A DNA stretch of 59,955 bases from Candidatus Hydrogenedentota bacterium (GCA_034408725.1 JAWXCN010000012.1:1-59955), one strand, 5' to 3'; counted from the stretch's first letter, positions 1 through 10,610 are shown. The notes: a model not told the origin generated them from the letters alone. Made by a program: numbers and translations.

Positions 1-90
1 GAACAACACGGCGCCAATTTCTTTCCAACGTAGCGGCGCCTGCCGCGCCAGTCGCCGCTACGTTGGAAAGAAATTGGCGCCGTGTTGTTC
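1..90. repeat. Perfect 38-bp inverted repeat (1-38 / 53-90, 14-nt loop), probable fold-back assembly or chimera artefact
   Basis: gaacaacacggcgccaatttctttccaacgtagcggcg at 1-38 is the exact reverse complement of 53-90; it sits at the window edge inside a coding start. Confidence 0.9.
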
Positions 91-97
91 TGCTCAT
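1..97 (-). CDS. 5' fragment of a Tat-exported protein (truncated)
   Basis: Manual translation from the ATG at 97 gives MSRTTRRQFLSNVAATGAAGAAT, with a twin-arginine motif TRRQFL. Confidence 0.65.
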   Translation of the reverse strand, partial: MSRTTRRQFLSNVAATGAAGAATLERNWRRVV

Positions 98-205
98 GGG
101 ATATGCTCGCTCGCAATTTTGTGACGGGGTTGCAATAGGAACAGAGTAGACTGTGCGGGGTTTTGTGTACAAGTTGGATAAGAGTGAAGTTGTGGGGCGG
201 GGATA

Positions 206-832
206 ATGATGGACATCGTGTTGCGGCGGGCAGTTCCGGAAGATGCTAATGCCGCGGTTCCGTTGATTCACAGCAGCGGACCGGCGGTCGTTGATTATAT
301 TTTTGCGGCGCGCGGAAAGGACGACGTATTTTCGTGTTTACGTCGGGGGTTCGAGCGGAACCGTGGCGAACTGGGATATGCGATACATACCGTTGCGGTG
401 GTGGACGGCGCCGTAGTTGGAACAGGCACGGCATACAGCGGCAGCGACATGCCTGGATACATGGTCGCGGGGATGCGCCATATTCTGGGCTTTTACGGAA
501 TATATTATGGCGTGGGCGTGATTCGGCGTGCGTTACAGGCTGAACGGCTTATCCGGCCGCCGGCGCGCGGGGTGCATTACGTCGCGCATATTGGCGTGGA
601 CAAATCGCATTGGGGGCGGGGGATTGGCGCTCGGATGGTCAGGCACTTGCTCGAGGAAGGGCGGCGGTTGGGGCGTTCGGTGGCGGTTCTCGATGTATCG
701 TCGATCAATCCACGAGCACAGGCGTTGTACGAGCGTTTGGGATTTGTGGTGACCGGCGAATCGGTGTCGGCGTTGCGCAATCAGTTTGCCGCCGTACCGG
801 ATCACCGGAGGATGGAACTGAAACTGGGCTGA
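206..832 (+). CDS. GNAT family N-acetyltransferase
   Basis: Acetyl-CoA motif HIGVDKSHWGRGIG and C-terminal NPRAQALYERLGF. Confidence 0.85.
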   Translation: MMDIVLRRAVPEDANAAVPLIHSSGPAVVDYIFAARGKDDVFSCLRRGFERNRGELGYAIHTVAVVDGAVVGTGTAYSGSDMPGYMVAGMRHILGFYGIYYGVGVIRRALQAERLIRPPARGVHYVAHIGVDKSHWGRGIGARMVRHLLEEGRRLGRSVAVLDVSSINPRAQALYERLGFVVTGESVSALRNQFAAVPDHRRMELKLG

Positions 833-974
833 TACCGGGGGAAGATTCAGAGGCTGCCTTCATGTAGAATGCGAGGACGCGCCCAGGCGGGCTGGTTTCG
901 GGCGTGGCATCGAACTTACGGGCAAGGCGAACTGTGCGCAGCAGACGTGTCGAGCACGTGGAAGGAGGGCGAAA

Positions 975-2252
975 GTGAATAACACTGGGCAACGATGGTC
1001 GCGCAGAAAATTTCTGCGGTATGTGGGGGCGGGTGCGGCAGCAGCGGTGGCGGTGCCAACAATTATCACTTCGAAAGCGTTGGGCGCTGCGGACCGCGCG
1101 GCGGCGAGCAACCGCATCACCATGGGTGTAATCGGTCTGGGAGGACGCGGGCGCCATGTGATCGAGGCGTTCATGGCCAATCCCGATGTGCAAGTGATCG
1201 CCGTATGCGACGCGGTAGGTGATCGACGCAAGGCGGGCAAGGCGCAAGTCGATCAGAAGTACGGCAACACGGATTGCGCGGAACACCTCGATTGCCGCGA
1301 GCTGTTGGCGCGGGACGATATCGATGCAGTGCTCATCGCCACCGGTGACAACTGCCACTCCCCCGTCTCGATTCTCGCGGCGCGCGCGGGCAAAGACATC
1401 TATTGCGAGAAACCAATGAGCGTCGCGCTGACGGAATCGCGCGGGGTCTCGGACACGATGAACCGCCTCGGCATCATCTTTCAGTGCGGCACGCAACGCC
1501 GGAGCATCAGCAATTTCCGGTATGCGGCGCACCTCGCGCAGAGCGGAAAACTCGGTGAGCTAAAGGAATTGCACGCCGAGGAGTACGGCGACTTTCAGGT
1601 GTTCAGTCACGAGATTCTGCCTGAAGAACCATTGCCGCCGAAGGAAGTGCTGGATTGGGAAGCGTGGCTGGGTCCGGCGCAATGGCGCCCATATAACAGC
1701 AAATATATTACGCGCGGATTCTGGGGCACCCACGTGGACTTCAGCGGCGCGGCGATCACGGAATGGGGCAGCCACACGGTCGATTTATGCCAGTGGGCAA
1801 ACGAAACGGACGATACCGGCCCGGTCGAGTTTTGGAAAGAAGGCGACCGGTACTGCGCGAAATACGCGAGCGGGGTCAAACTCGTAATCCGGCGCGGACT
1901 GCGGTTTGGCACCTGCCCCGTGCGCTATGAAGGCACTGAGGGATGGGTTGAGACGGGTGACTTCGGCGAGATGGAAGCGCATCCGAAATCGTTGTTGGGC
2001 AACCGCGGGTTTGAAGGCGGATACCCCGCCGACAACCATGTGCGCGCGTTTCTCGATTGCGTGAAGTCGCGACAACAAACGATCGCGAACGCTGAGGTCG
2101 CGCATCGCTCTATTTCGGTGTGCCATGTCGCAAACATTTGCAAGCGATTGGGCAGACCGATCAAATGGGATCCGGCGAAGGAGCAGTGCATCGGTGACGA
2201 CGAAGCAAACCGGATGCTGTCGCGCGCGTATCGTGAGCCGTGGTACCTCTGA
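975..2252 (+). CDS. Tat-exported Gfo/Idh/MocA family oxidoreductase
   Basis: SRRKFL Tat motif, Rossmann GVIGLGGRG, YCEKP, WGSHTVD; RBS ggaggg before GTG. Confidence 0.9.
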   Translation: MNNTGQRWSRRKFLRYVGAGAAAAVAVPTIITSKALGAADRAAASNRITMGVIGLGGRGRHVIEAFMANPDVQVIAVCDAVGDRRKAGKAQVDQKYGNTDCAEHLDCRELLARDDIDAVLIATGDNCHSPVSILAARAGKDIYCEKPMSVALTESRGVSDTMNRLGIIFQCGTQRRSISNFRYAAHLAQSGKLGELKELHAEEYGDFQVFSHEILPEEPLPPKEVLDWEAWLGPAQWRPYNSKYITRGFWGTHVDFSGAAITEWGSHTVDLCQWANETDDTGPVEFWKEGDRYCAKYASGVKLVIRRGLRFGTCPVRYEGTEGWVETGDFGEMEAHPKSLLGNRGFEGGYPADNHVRAFLDCVKSRQQTIANAEVAHRSISVCHVANICKRLGRPIKWDPAKEQCIGDDEANRMLSRAYREPWYL

Positions 2253-2626
2253 TGGCGCTTGAGAAGGCCATACCGATCCTGCGCGTGTTCGATCACGAAC
2301 TGGCGTTAAAATTCTATGTCGAGTGGCTGGGATTCAAGATCGATTGGGTTCACCGGTTCGATGAGACTGCGCCGCGGTACATACAGATTTCGCGGGACAA
2401 TGTTTTGCTGCACTTGACCGAGCATTACGGGGATTGCACGCCGGGCGCGCGGGTGTATGTTCGCATGTCCGACGTGGCCGAATATCATCGCGAATTGTGT
2501 TCACGGCCGAATCCGAACATGCGGCCGGGATTGGAAACTTCGCCGTGGGGCAGCAAGTGCATGGATGTAGTGGATCCGTTTGGAAATCGCATCAGTTTCG
2601 ACGAGCCGGTAGCGAAAAAAGATTAA
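2252..2626 (+). CDS. Glyoxalase/bleomycin resistance (VOC) superfamily protein
   Basis: IPILRVFD...FYVEWLGFKIDW...LHLTEH...PWG...VVDPFGNRI; start overlaps the upstream stop (TGATG). Confidence 0.85.
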   Translation: MALEKAIPILRVFDHELALKFYVEWLGFKIDWVHRFDETAPRYIQISRDNVLLHLTEHYGDCTPGARVYVRMSDVAEYHRELCSRPNPNMRPGLETSPWGSKCMDVVDPFGNRISFDEPVAKKD

Positions 2627-2658
2627 ACGATGTATTTACTCATGGAAAGGTCCAACCC

Positions 2659-4644
2659 ATGACTCGGAAATTTTTCTATAGTTCTCTTGCGACAATCGCG
2701 ATGCTGCTGTGTCATGCGGCACACGCGCAAAGCACAATGACGGAAGACCAATGCATCGAGGTCATCCTGAGCGATGCGGGCTGGCAGCCAAAATACGAAG
2801 CATGCACAAGATTGCGGCAGATCGGCACGGCGAAATCCGTGCCCGCGCTTGCGACGCTGCTGCAGGATGAGCGGCTGTCACACATGGCGCGGTATGCGCT
2901 GGAGCCGATGCCGTATCCGGAATCTGCGGAAGCACTGCGCGACGCTTTGAAGAAGGCTAGGGAACCACAGAAGACGGGGATTATTACGTCTTTGGGCGTG
3001 AAGCGGGATGCGCAGTCGGTACGTGCCATCGCAAAAGCGCTACGTGACGACGACGCGGATGTAGCGCGCGCCGCGGCAGGCGCTCTCGGCCGCATCGGCA
3101 CACCGATGGCCGCGGCTGCACTCGTCAAGGCGCAATTGCGCGCGCCAGCGCAGATCAAAAACGAGCTGTACGAAGGAATGCTTGCGTGCGCCGAGCAGCA
3201 CCACGCGGATGGCAAACCGGACATGGCGGCGGGATTGTATTTTGTCGTGTTTCACAATGCGACCATCGACAACACGCGATTTGGCGCGTTTCGCGGGTTG
3301 GCGCATGCGCTGCCCGCGGAATCACCGGCGCTGTTGACACGCGCGCTGGGCGGCAGTCCACAACTCAAAGTGAAGAAACCTTCCGCAATTGACGTTGCGG
3401 CTTTAGAGATCAACGGCCAGGACCCGGCATTGCGGGATTTTGCCGCGCAGGTCGTGGCGGAGGTACCCGGTTCAGAAGTAACTGCCGCGCTGGTGGCTGC
3501 GCTTCCTTCTCTCCCACCCGCGGGCCAGACGGCATTGTTGCGCGGTCTTGGTGATCGCAAGGACCCTGCTGCGCACGCGGCGGTGGTCGCGGCGATGGGA
3601 AGCACAAATGCGGGCGTTAAACAGGCCGCGGTTACGGCATTGGCGAAGCTGGGCACGGCCGAAGATGTTGCGTCCTTGACTGCGCTGTTGGCATCGGATA
3701 ACGCTGACATCGCAAACGCAGCGAAAACAACGTTGTCGAATATGAAGGCGGAAGGCGTGGATACGGCGATTACCGCCGCACTACCGAATGTTGCGCCCGC
3801 GCAACGCGCGGCATTGGTGGACATGCTGTCCGAGCGAATGGCGGTGGAGGCAGTGCCGGTGGCGTTGGCGTCGTTGAACGACGCGGACGCGGGTGTGCGC
3901 GCGGCGGGATTGCGCACGTTGACGAAACTGGGCACACAGGTGGAAGCGCCGGCGGTGATAGCAACATTGAAGGGCACGCAGGATGGTGATGAGCGGACCG
4001 ACGCGTCGAACGCGTTGAACGCAATAGCGTCGCAGGCCGGTGACGCATTACTGCCGGTTGTGCTCAATGCGATGAAGGGCGCCGCGCCAGAATCTCGCGC
4101 GGTGTTGCTGCGCAGCCTTGGCCGGATTGGAACGCCGCAGGCCCTTGGCGCGGCGGTGGCGGCGTTGCGCGACGGGAATACGGAAGTCGGGAATGAAGCC
4201 GTGCGCGTGATCGCGGGGTGGCCAACCGCGGATGCCGCGCCGCATCTTTTGAAAATTGCACAAGGCGGCAATGCCGCGCACAAAGACGCGGCGTTGCGCG
4301 GGTACGTCCGCCTGGCCCAGGCGGAGCAGGATGGCGCGGCAAAGGCTGCGATGTTGTCGAACGCGCTGGTGGTCGCGAAGTCGCCGGAGGAAAAATGGCT
4401 CGTACTTCCGGCGTGGGGCGCGATTGGGACGAAGCAGTCACTGGATGTTTTGACGCCGATGCTGGCCGATCCGGCGGTGAAGAATGAGGCGGCGACCGCG
4501 CTGATCTCCGCTGCGACGGCATTCGCGAAGGCAGACCCGGCGAGCAAGCCGGCGGCTGTGGCGGCGATTAACGCGGTGCTTGCCGCAACGGACGATACGG
4601 CGATTCGCGAACGCGCACAGAAGACGCTTGAGGGGTTGAAGTAA
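2659..4644 (+). CDS. Secreted HEAT/PBS-lyase repeat protein
   Basis: Signal peptide MTRKFFYSSLATIAMLLCHAAHA; repeated L-x-D-x-D-x-x-VR-x-AA-x-x-AL-x-x-IG helical units. Confidence 0.85.
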   Translation: MTRKFFYSSLATIAMLLCHAAHAQSTMTEDQCIEVILSDAGWQPKYEACTRLRQIGTAKSVPALATLLQDERLSHMARYALEPMPYPESAEALRDALKKAREPQKTGIITSLGVKRDAQSVRAIAKALRDDDADVARAAAGALGRIGTPMAAAALVKAQLRAPAQIKNELYEGMLACAEQHHADGKPDMAAGLYFVVFHNATIDNTRFGAFRGLAHALPAESPALLTRALGGSPQLKVKKPSAIDVAALEINGQDPALRDFAAQVVAEVPGSEVTAALVAALPSLPPAGQTALLRGLGDRKDPAAHAAVVAAMGSTNAGVKQAAVTALAKLGTAEDVASLTALLASDNADIANAAKTTLSNMKAEGVDTAITAALPNVAPAQRAALVDMLSERMAVEAVPVALASLNDADAGVRAAGLRTLTKLGTQVEAPAVIATLKGTQDGDERTDASNALNAIASQAGDALLPVVLNAMKGAAPESRAVLLRSLGRIGTPQALGAAVAALRDGNTEVGNEAVRVIAGWPTADAAPHLLKIAQGGNAAHKDAALRGYVRLAQAEQDGAAKAAMLSNALVVAKSPEEKWLVLPAWGAIGTKQSLDVLTPMLADPAVKNEAATALISAATAFAKADPASKPAAVAAINAVLAATDDTAIRERAQKTLEGLK

Positions 4645-4710
4645 ATCACGCGCTCCTGAACGAGTCGAGGATTGCGATACGGGTAGGGTTCAAGCGGGGG
4701 GACAATTTCG

Positions 4711-6018
4711 ATGCAGGCGACCGAAGCGCGGAGGGGGCTTGCCGCCTCGCCGAATTATAAATGGTACGTCGTTGGAATGCTGTGGTTCATGGCGTTCTTT
4801 AATTACGCGGACCGGCAGGCATTGGCTTCGGTATTACCCCTCATTCAAAAGGATTTCACGCTAACTAAAGAACAACTGGGCTATATTGTGGCGGCGTTTG
4901 CCTGGGTGTACGGGCTCGGCGCGCCATTCGCCGGGTACATCGTGGATCGGGTGAAACGCAAAACGGCTATTCTTGCGGGGTTGCATGCGTGGAGCATCAT
5001 CTGCATGGCGACCGCGGCGTCGACGAAATTTCCCCACCTTGTGTTCTTTCGCGCGGCGGAAGGCCTAGGAGAAACATTTTATTTTCCGGCATCCATGTCG
5101 TTGATCAGCGATTATCATGGAAAAAATACGCGATCGCGCGCGATGGGAATGCATCAGACGAGCGTCTATGCAGGCACTATCGGCGGCGGATTCTTTGCGG
5201 GTCTCATTGGGCAGTATTGGGGATGGCGGTGGTCATTCATCATTTTCGGCGCACTGGGCATACTTCTCGGATTTATACTTCAAAAATTTGTGGTTGAACC
5301 CAAGCGGGGCGCGGCTGATTTCGAAGATACGGGGTTAGAGACGAGTGCCGTCGAAAAGGGCATGTCTGTAATCGACACTGCCAAACTTATCTTTTCGACC
5401 CCGACAACGCTCTTTCTTCTGGGCGCATTTCTGTGCGCAAATTTTGTGGCGGCTGTTTTGTTGTCTTGGATGCCAACGTACTTGTTCGAGAAATTCGGAA
5501 TGTCGCTTGTCGGCGCCGGATTCACCGCCGTGTTTTACCTGCAAGTATCCAGCATGATTGCTTCACCCCTGGGCGGATGGCTGGCGGACAATCTGCGCAA
5601 AAGAATGTTTGGTGGGCGTATGCTTGTGCAGGCAATCGGAGTTTTTTGCGGAGCCCCGTTTGTGTATATCTGTGGAGTAACGCAAGAGCTTTCAACGCTG
5701 ATTGTTGTCTTGGCTTGTTGGGGCTTTTTCAAAGGACTCTATGACGCGAATATTTTTGCGTCCATTTATGATGTGATTCCAGCGAATGCGCGTGGAACCG
5801 CGGCAGGATTGATGAACTGCATCGGCTGGCTTGCAGGGGCAGGAACAGCACCGATCATTGTTGGACGCATAGCCGACCAATATGATTTAGGAATTGCAAT
5901 TGCGCTTGCGTCCGGCGTTTATGTTCTCGCGGGAATCATTCTCATTTTGGGTGCGCTGTTCTTCATCCGGCGTGATTCGGAAAAGCTTCACGCAAAGCTC
6001 GGCGGGCACGCGGTATAA
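4711..6018 (+). CDS. MFS transporter (anion:cation symporter-like, probable sugar acid)
   Basis: NYADRQ motif, GYIVDRVKRK and GWLADNLRKR loops, about 12 hydrophobic helices. Confidence 0.85.
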   Translation: MQATEARRGLAASPNYKWYVVGMLWFMAFFNYADRQALASVLPLIQKDFTLTKEQLGYIVAAFAWVYGLGAPFAGYIVDRVKRKTAILAGLHAWSIICMATAASTKFPHLVFFRAAEGLGETFYFPASMSLISDYHGKNTRSRAMGMHQTSVYAGTIGGGFFAGLIGQYWGWRWSFIIFGALGILLGFILQKFVVEPKRGAADFEDTGLETSAVEKGMSVIDTAKLIFSTPTTLFLLGAFLCANFVAAVLLSWMPTYLFEKFGMSLVGAGFTAVFYLQVSSMIASPLGGWLADNLRKRMFGGRMLVQAIGVFCGAPFVYICGVTQELSTLIVVLACWGFFKGLYDANIFASIYDVIPANARGTAAGLMNCIGWLAGAGTAPIIVGRIADQYDLGIAIALASGVYVLAGIILILGALFFIRRDSEKLHAKLGGHAV

Positions 6019-6044
6019 CAGTGCGCGACAGATAAAGTTCGTTT

Positions 6045-6077
6045 ACAGGGGCGGCGCCAAGCCGCCCCTGTTTTTTT
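6045..6077 (+). terminator. Rho-independent terminator
   Basis: acaggggcggc-gccaa-gccgcccctgt hairpin followed by a T run. Confidence 0.85.
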
Positions 6078-6141
6078 GGCCGATTCGATTACACTATCAA
6101 GGGTGTTTACGATGTTATTGTAACAAGCAGGAGTTTCGTCT

Positions 6142-7092
6142 ATGCCGATTTCGGATCCGGACGGTCACGGGGCCAAACTCACCGCACTGAAATCGAATCT
6201 TTCGCAAGCGATCCAGGGCAAGGCCGAATCCATCGACTTGCTCACCATCGCGGTGATTGCCAACGGATCGGTGCTGATGGAAGACGTGCCGGGCGTCGGC
6301 AAGACCACATTGGCGAAGGCGCTTGCGCAATCCATTGATGCGAAAATGAGCCGAATCCAGTTCACGCCGGACTTGTTGCCCGCTGACATTCTTGGCGCGT
6401 CGATATACAATCCCGCGGATGGAACTTTTCACTTCCGGCCCGGCCCAATTTTCTGCAACGTGCTACTGGCGGACGAAATCAATCGCGCTTCTCCGCGCAC
6501 GCAGTCTGCATTGCTCGAGGCCATGAACGAGTGGCAGGCGACGATTGAAGGCGAACGGCATCGCTTGCCCGAACCGTTTCTTGTGATCGCGACGCAGAAC
6601 CCCATCGAGTTTCACGGGACCTATCCCCTGCCCGAAGCGCAATTGGACCGGTTTCTGATGGAAATAAATCTGGGATATCCGTCGCAAGAGGTCGAGATCG
6701 CGATTCTGCACGCGCAGGCGTTGTCGCACCCCGTTGATTCATTGCAGGCGGTGGTGACTCGCGAGGAAATCGTGGCGATGCAGCAGGCGGCGCGCAAAGT
6801 GATTGTGAGCGAGCCGGTATCGCGGTACATTGTGAATATCGTCAACGCAACCCGCAACGATGCAAGGTTGAAGGTGGGCGTAAGTCCACGCGGATCGCTG
6901 ATGCTGTTTCGGGCGGCGCAGGCCTGCGCCTTCTGCGACGGACGCAATTACGTATTGCCGGATGACGTGCAGCGGCTTGTGCGGCAGGTGCTCGCGCACC
7001 GGATTGTGTTGACATCGAAAGCGAAATACAGTGGAAACGGCAAGGCGGAGGTGATTTCGGACGTCTTTTCGACGATCAAGGTACCGACATGA
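6142..7092 (+). CDS. moxR: MoxR family AAA+ ATPase
   Basis: EDVPGVGKT, RIQFTPDLLPADI, LADEINRA, ATQNPIE..GTYPLPEAQLDRF. Confidence 0.95.
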   Translation: MPISDPDGHGAKLTALKSNLSQAIQGKAESIDLLTIAVIANGSVLMEDVPGVGKTTLAKALAQSIDAKMSRIQFTPDLLPADILGASIYNPADGTFHFRPGPIFCNVLLADEINRASPRTQSALLEAMNEWQATIEGERHRLPEPFLVIATQNPIEFHGTYPLPEAQLDRFLMEINLGYPSQEVEIAILHAQALSHPVDSLQAVVTREEIVAMQQAARKVIVSEPVSRYIVNIVNATRNDARLKVGVSPRGSLMLFRAAQACAFCDGRNYVLPDDVQRLVRQVLAHRIVLTSKAKYSGNGKAEVISDVFSTIKVPT

Positions 7093-8339
7093 AACGCGGA
7101 CAAACGTCCGATTTTGAACGGCTCGCGCGGTATCTGCTGTATTTCAAGATGACAAGCCGGGGCCGGGCGCTTCTCGTTGTCGGAGTGATTTCAGGTCTCA
7201 TCGGGCATCCACTGCAGTTGCCGATCCTTTATCTATTCTCGGCGCTGTTCGCGCTTGGGTACGTTGCGTTGGTGATCAACTCGCTGATGCGTCCGCGGTT
7301 CGAGGTGTCCGGCGCGTTCCCATCGCTGGTATCGGCGGGCCAACCGGTGACGGGTTGGTTTTCGATTACGAACCGCGCGCGAAGAAACGCGTATGACGTA
7401 GGGGCGAATTTTTTTGCGGTCGACCCATCGCTGCGAATGCGGGAGCACGCCGAAATGCACGCGCAACTCGAGCCTGGTGCGCGCGTAACCATTCCGATCA
7501 CGATTACGCCCCGGCAGCGCGGAATATATCGTTTGCCGCCCTTGCGCGCGTTTACGAGTTTTCCATTTTCGATCTGCCGCAACGGGCGCGCGGCGCATCT
7601 CGGCAGTCCGCTGATCGTGGCGCCGTCGTTTCATCCGATCGCGCGTATCGATGTGCCTGTTGGCCGCCGCTATCAGCCCGGCGGCATTGCGCTGACGTCG
7701 GACGTGGGCGAATCGCCCGAGTATATCGGCAACCGCGAATACCGGCCGGGGGACCCTCCACGGCGCATCGACTTCAAATCGTGGGCGCGGCTTTCGCGGC
7801 CAGTGGTGCGCGAGTATCAGGAAGAATTCTATTGCCGCATTGCGCTGGTGTTGGACACGTATGTTGTTAAACGAAGATTGCGGCCGCGCGCGGGCGCGCA
7901 GCAACTCGAGGCTGCGGTAAGCATTTCGGCCGCTATCGCGGACGCACTGGCGAACGGCGAGTACATAATCGATATTTTCGCGGCGGGACCCGAACTCTAT
8001 GTGTTCCGGGCGGGCCGGCACACCGCGCATTTTGAAAATGTGCTCGAAATACTCGCGTGTGTTGACGTGTGCAGGACCGACCCCTTCGAGGTTGTCGCGC
8101 CGGCACTCGCCGATGAATTGTCGCGCATTTCGACGGTGGTGTGCGTCTTGCTCGATTGGGACAGCTCGCGCCAGAAGCTGGTGCAAGCTGCGCTCGAGGC
8201 CGGGTGCGACGTAAAAGTTGTATTGGTGCGCGATACCGCGACAACGTTTGCCGTGGACGAAATCGAGTCGATGACGGGCGTCGCCCCCGCGTTGTTGACG
8301 ATTGAAGACGTGCAACGGGGCGCGATCGAGGTGTTATGA
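7089..8339 (+). CDS. DUF58 domain protein
   Basis: EYIGNREYRPGDPPRRIDFKSWAR...VVREYQEE; two N-terminal TM segments; ATGA-coupled to moxR. Confidence 0.9.
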   Translation: MKRGQTSDFERLARYLLYFKMTSRGRALLVVGVISGLIGHPLQLPILYLFSALFALGYVALVINSLMRPRFEVSGAFPSLVSAGQPVTGWFSITNRARRNAYDVGANFFAVDPSLRMREHAEMHAQLEPGARVTIPITITPRQRGIYRLPPLRAFTSFPFSICRNGRAAHLGSPLIVAPSFHPIARIDVPVGRRYQPGGIALTSDVGESPEYIGNREYRPGDPPRRIDFKSWARLSRPVVREYQEEFYCRIALVLDTYVVKRRLRPRAGAQQLEAAVSISAAIADALANGEYIIDIFAAGPELYVFRAGRHTAHFENVLEILACVDVCRTDPFEVVAPALADELSRISTVVCVLLDWDSSRQKLVQAALEAGCDVKVVLVRDTATTFAVDEIESMTGVAPALLTIEDVQRGAIEVL

Positions 8340-10294
8340 GCACGGTTCGTTTGCTGGCGTTGTTGATGGTGCTTGTGGCCGCGGCGGTGCTTGCGCGCAT
8401 GTCTGGCCAAATAATTTTCCCCGCGGTGGTGTGCGCGGCGGCGTTCGTTGGCGTGTGGGACCGCGTTGCGCCGCGCGTGCCGCAACGCATGGAAGTTCGA
8501 TTGGCCATGGCGGTGGCGGTAGTGTTTTTATTGCGCTGGTTACTGCTGCCCGCGCCGCGGTTGGGCGTATCGGGTGGCTACACCTCCATAGGGATACTCG
8601 ATTATTCACGCGCGTATCCCATCGCGCAGGCGCTGCTCACGTGGCAAGTCATGTTGCTGTTCTTGCGCAGGGGCGACGGATTTCCGCGCGTGTTGCCGGT
8701 GTACGCGGTGCTGGTGATGATCATGGCGGGCACATTTCCCGCGGCTGGTTTCGACGCTTGGCGCGACGGCGTATTTCAGGCAGGGTCGCTTGCGATTGCA
8801 GCACTGACCGGCGTGTACTTCACGGTCACCACTCCGCGCAACCGTACCGGCGAGCGGCCAGCCCGGGGGACAGGCAAGGCAACGGTCGCGATCCTGGCAG
8901 TCGTCCTCGCGTTGGGCTGGGGATTGGGCACGGCGTTTTACCGGTACGGCGATCGGTTTGATCAGCGGCTTGCGGAATGGCTCAGCGAGCGTAATGCGCC
9001 TGCCGCGATGGGATTCCCGGACAACGGCCGGATCGGCAGCATCAGTTCGCGGAAAAGTCTGGATAGCGATTACGTCGCGTTGCGCGTAACGTCTGAGTCG
9101 TCGCCAGACTACCTGCGCGGGAAGGCGTATGACACGTATGCGAGCGGAAGTTGGACAAGCGCGGAAACCTTTCGCGAGATCGACCCGGTAGACGGCGCTG
9201 CGCCGGTTACCGCGCCGTCGCAACACTGGTTTTCACTCGCCCCCGCGAATGAGATGCGGGCAAAAAACATGATGACCGTGGAACGTGTGCTTGAACTGGA
9301 AGGCACTTTGTTCACGCGATTGGAGTCGGAGTATGTTTCGGCGAACGCGAATCCGTTAAAGGTAGACCGTCACGACGTCCCGCTATCCAACCAGGTCATG
9401 CCGGGACTGTCCTATTCCATTGCGGGGACATTTGGCCGGGGAAGGCCGATTACGCTTGAGGATCGCGAATCCTTTGTGGCGACGCCGCGCGACCTCGACG
9501 CGCGAATCCAGGAACTTGCCGAGGCGGTCACGAGTGAGTGCGCCACCGACGCGGAACGCGTCAATGCAGTCGTGTGGTATGTGCAACAGACGTGTTCATA
9601 CGATCTCCGCGCGGGCGCGGGAGCATCGCGCGATCCCGTGGTGGCGTTCCTCTTCGAGACGCGCCGCGGACATTGCGAGCTGTTTGCATCGTCGGTGGTG
9701 TTGCTGTTGCGGGCCGCCGGCGTGCCGTGCCGTTATGCGACGGGATTCCTCGCGGCCGAGCAGAATACTTTTGGAGAGTATTGGGTCGCGCGCAACAGAG
9801 ATGCGCACGCGTGGGTCGAGGTCTATTTTCCGGATCGGGGCTGGGTCACCGTCGAAGCAACACCACCCTCGGGGGTGCCGCGGGGAACGGCGACTTGGTT
9901 TGCGCAACTGTGGGACTTTGCAGGGTATGCGCCGCAGCGCTTGTTGACAGTTGCGCAGACGTTAAGACTGTCACGATTCATATCGAGTGTCGCGGTGATA
10001 TTCGTAGTTCTGCTTTTGACGAGTGCGATAGTTTGGCGACTATGGCGCAGTCGCCGGGCAGTTATAGAGCATCCGGAAGACCCCGCGGTTATCGCGCTGC
10101 ATCGTCTGTTGCAGAAAATGGACCGGACCTTGAACGATCGCGGGCTTGTGCGCGCGGATATCGAGACCTTGCACGGGTTTGCGAGGCGGGTGGAAGCCGG
10201 GGGAGATGCGGAATCGGCGGGGTGGTATCGCATGTACGCAGAAGCGAGATACGGGATGCGCGGAGAAGTTGCGGAGCGGCTTGTGAAGGGCTGA
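8336..10294 (+). CDS. Membrane transglutaminase-like protein (TgpA/DUF3488-type)
   Basis: Multi-TM N-terminus, YLRG motif, GHCELFAS...RYATGF...HAWVEVY. Confidence 0.9.
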   Translation: MSTVRLLALLMVLVAAAVLARMSGQIIFPAVVCAAAFVGVWDRVAPRVPQRMEVRLAMAVAVVFLLRWLLLPAPRLGVSGGYTSIGILDYSRAYPIAQALLTWQVMLLFLRRGDGFPRVLPVYAVLVMIMAGTFPAAGFDAWRDGVFQAGSLAIAALTGVYFTVTTPRNRTGERPARGTGKATVAILAVVLALGWGLGTAFYRYGDRFDQRLAEWLSERNAPAAMGFPDNGRIGSISSRKSLDSDYVALRVTSESSPDYLRGKAYDTYASGSWTSAETFREIDPVDGAAPVTAPSQHWFSLAPANEMRAKNMMTVERVLELEGTLFTRLESEYVSANANPLKVDRHDVPLSNQVMPGLSYSIAGTFGRGRPITLEDRESFVATPRDLDARIQELAEAVTSECATDAERVNAVVWYVQQTCSYDLRAGAGASRDPVVAFLFETRRGHCELFASSVVLLLRAAGVPCRYATGFLAAEQNTFGEYWVARNRDAHAWVEVYFPDRGWVTVEATPPSGVPRGTATWFAQLWDFAGYAPQRLLTVAQTLRLSRFISSVAVIFVVLLLTSAIVWRLWRSRRAVIEHPEDPAVIALHRLLQKMDRTLNDRGLVRADIETLHGFARRVEAGGDAESAGWYRMYAEARYGMRGEVAERLVKG

Positions 10295-10336
10295 GAGCGG
10301 AGCTCATCTCTACATCCACAACCGTTATCCGGCCCA

Positions 10337-10607
10337 TGCTCGTATTGTGAATCGTGCTCGTGGTCTTAATCGTAATCGTCCTCGTAATCGATTCTTCGAT
10401 TCCCGTTGCTGGGGTGTTCAAATTCCAGGTGCGACTGACCGTATCTTTGGTGCGTCGCGCCGTGGGCGCTTCAGATGGCGGAGGAGGCTTTTTGGTGTGT
10501 TGCGTCGATTTGGAATCACAGCGGGGATCGAGAAGATCGATTACGATTACGAGCACGAGCACGAGCACGAAATAGTTCCATACCCGATACCCGGTACCCG
10601 ATACCCG
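10337..10607. repeat. Composite REP-like element, copy 1 (palindrome, CGATTA/CGAGCA hexamers, ATACCCG heptamers, plus an inverted left arm)
   Basis: 10337-10405 is an imperfect reverse complement of 10521-10570; 10428-10607 is homologous to 14060-14253. Confidence 0.8.
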
Positions 10608-10610
10608 CGC

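Noticed and set aside
1-90. Long perfect hairpin as an ncRNA, hairpin telomere or mobile-element end
   Set aside because: One arm is the coding start of a Tat protein, and the mirror copy is exact and at the sequence edge, typical of fold-back chimeras
3252-4649. Long antisense ORFs (also 7233-8315, 15837-16787, 26229-27161)
   Set aside because: Shadow frames of GC-rich genes with no recognisable motifs
6142-10294. MoxR-DUF58-transglutaminase operon as a novel system
   Set aside because: This is a well-known, widespread gene triad
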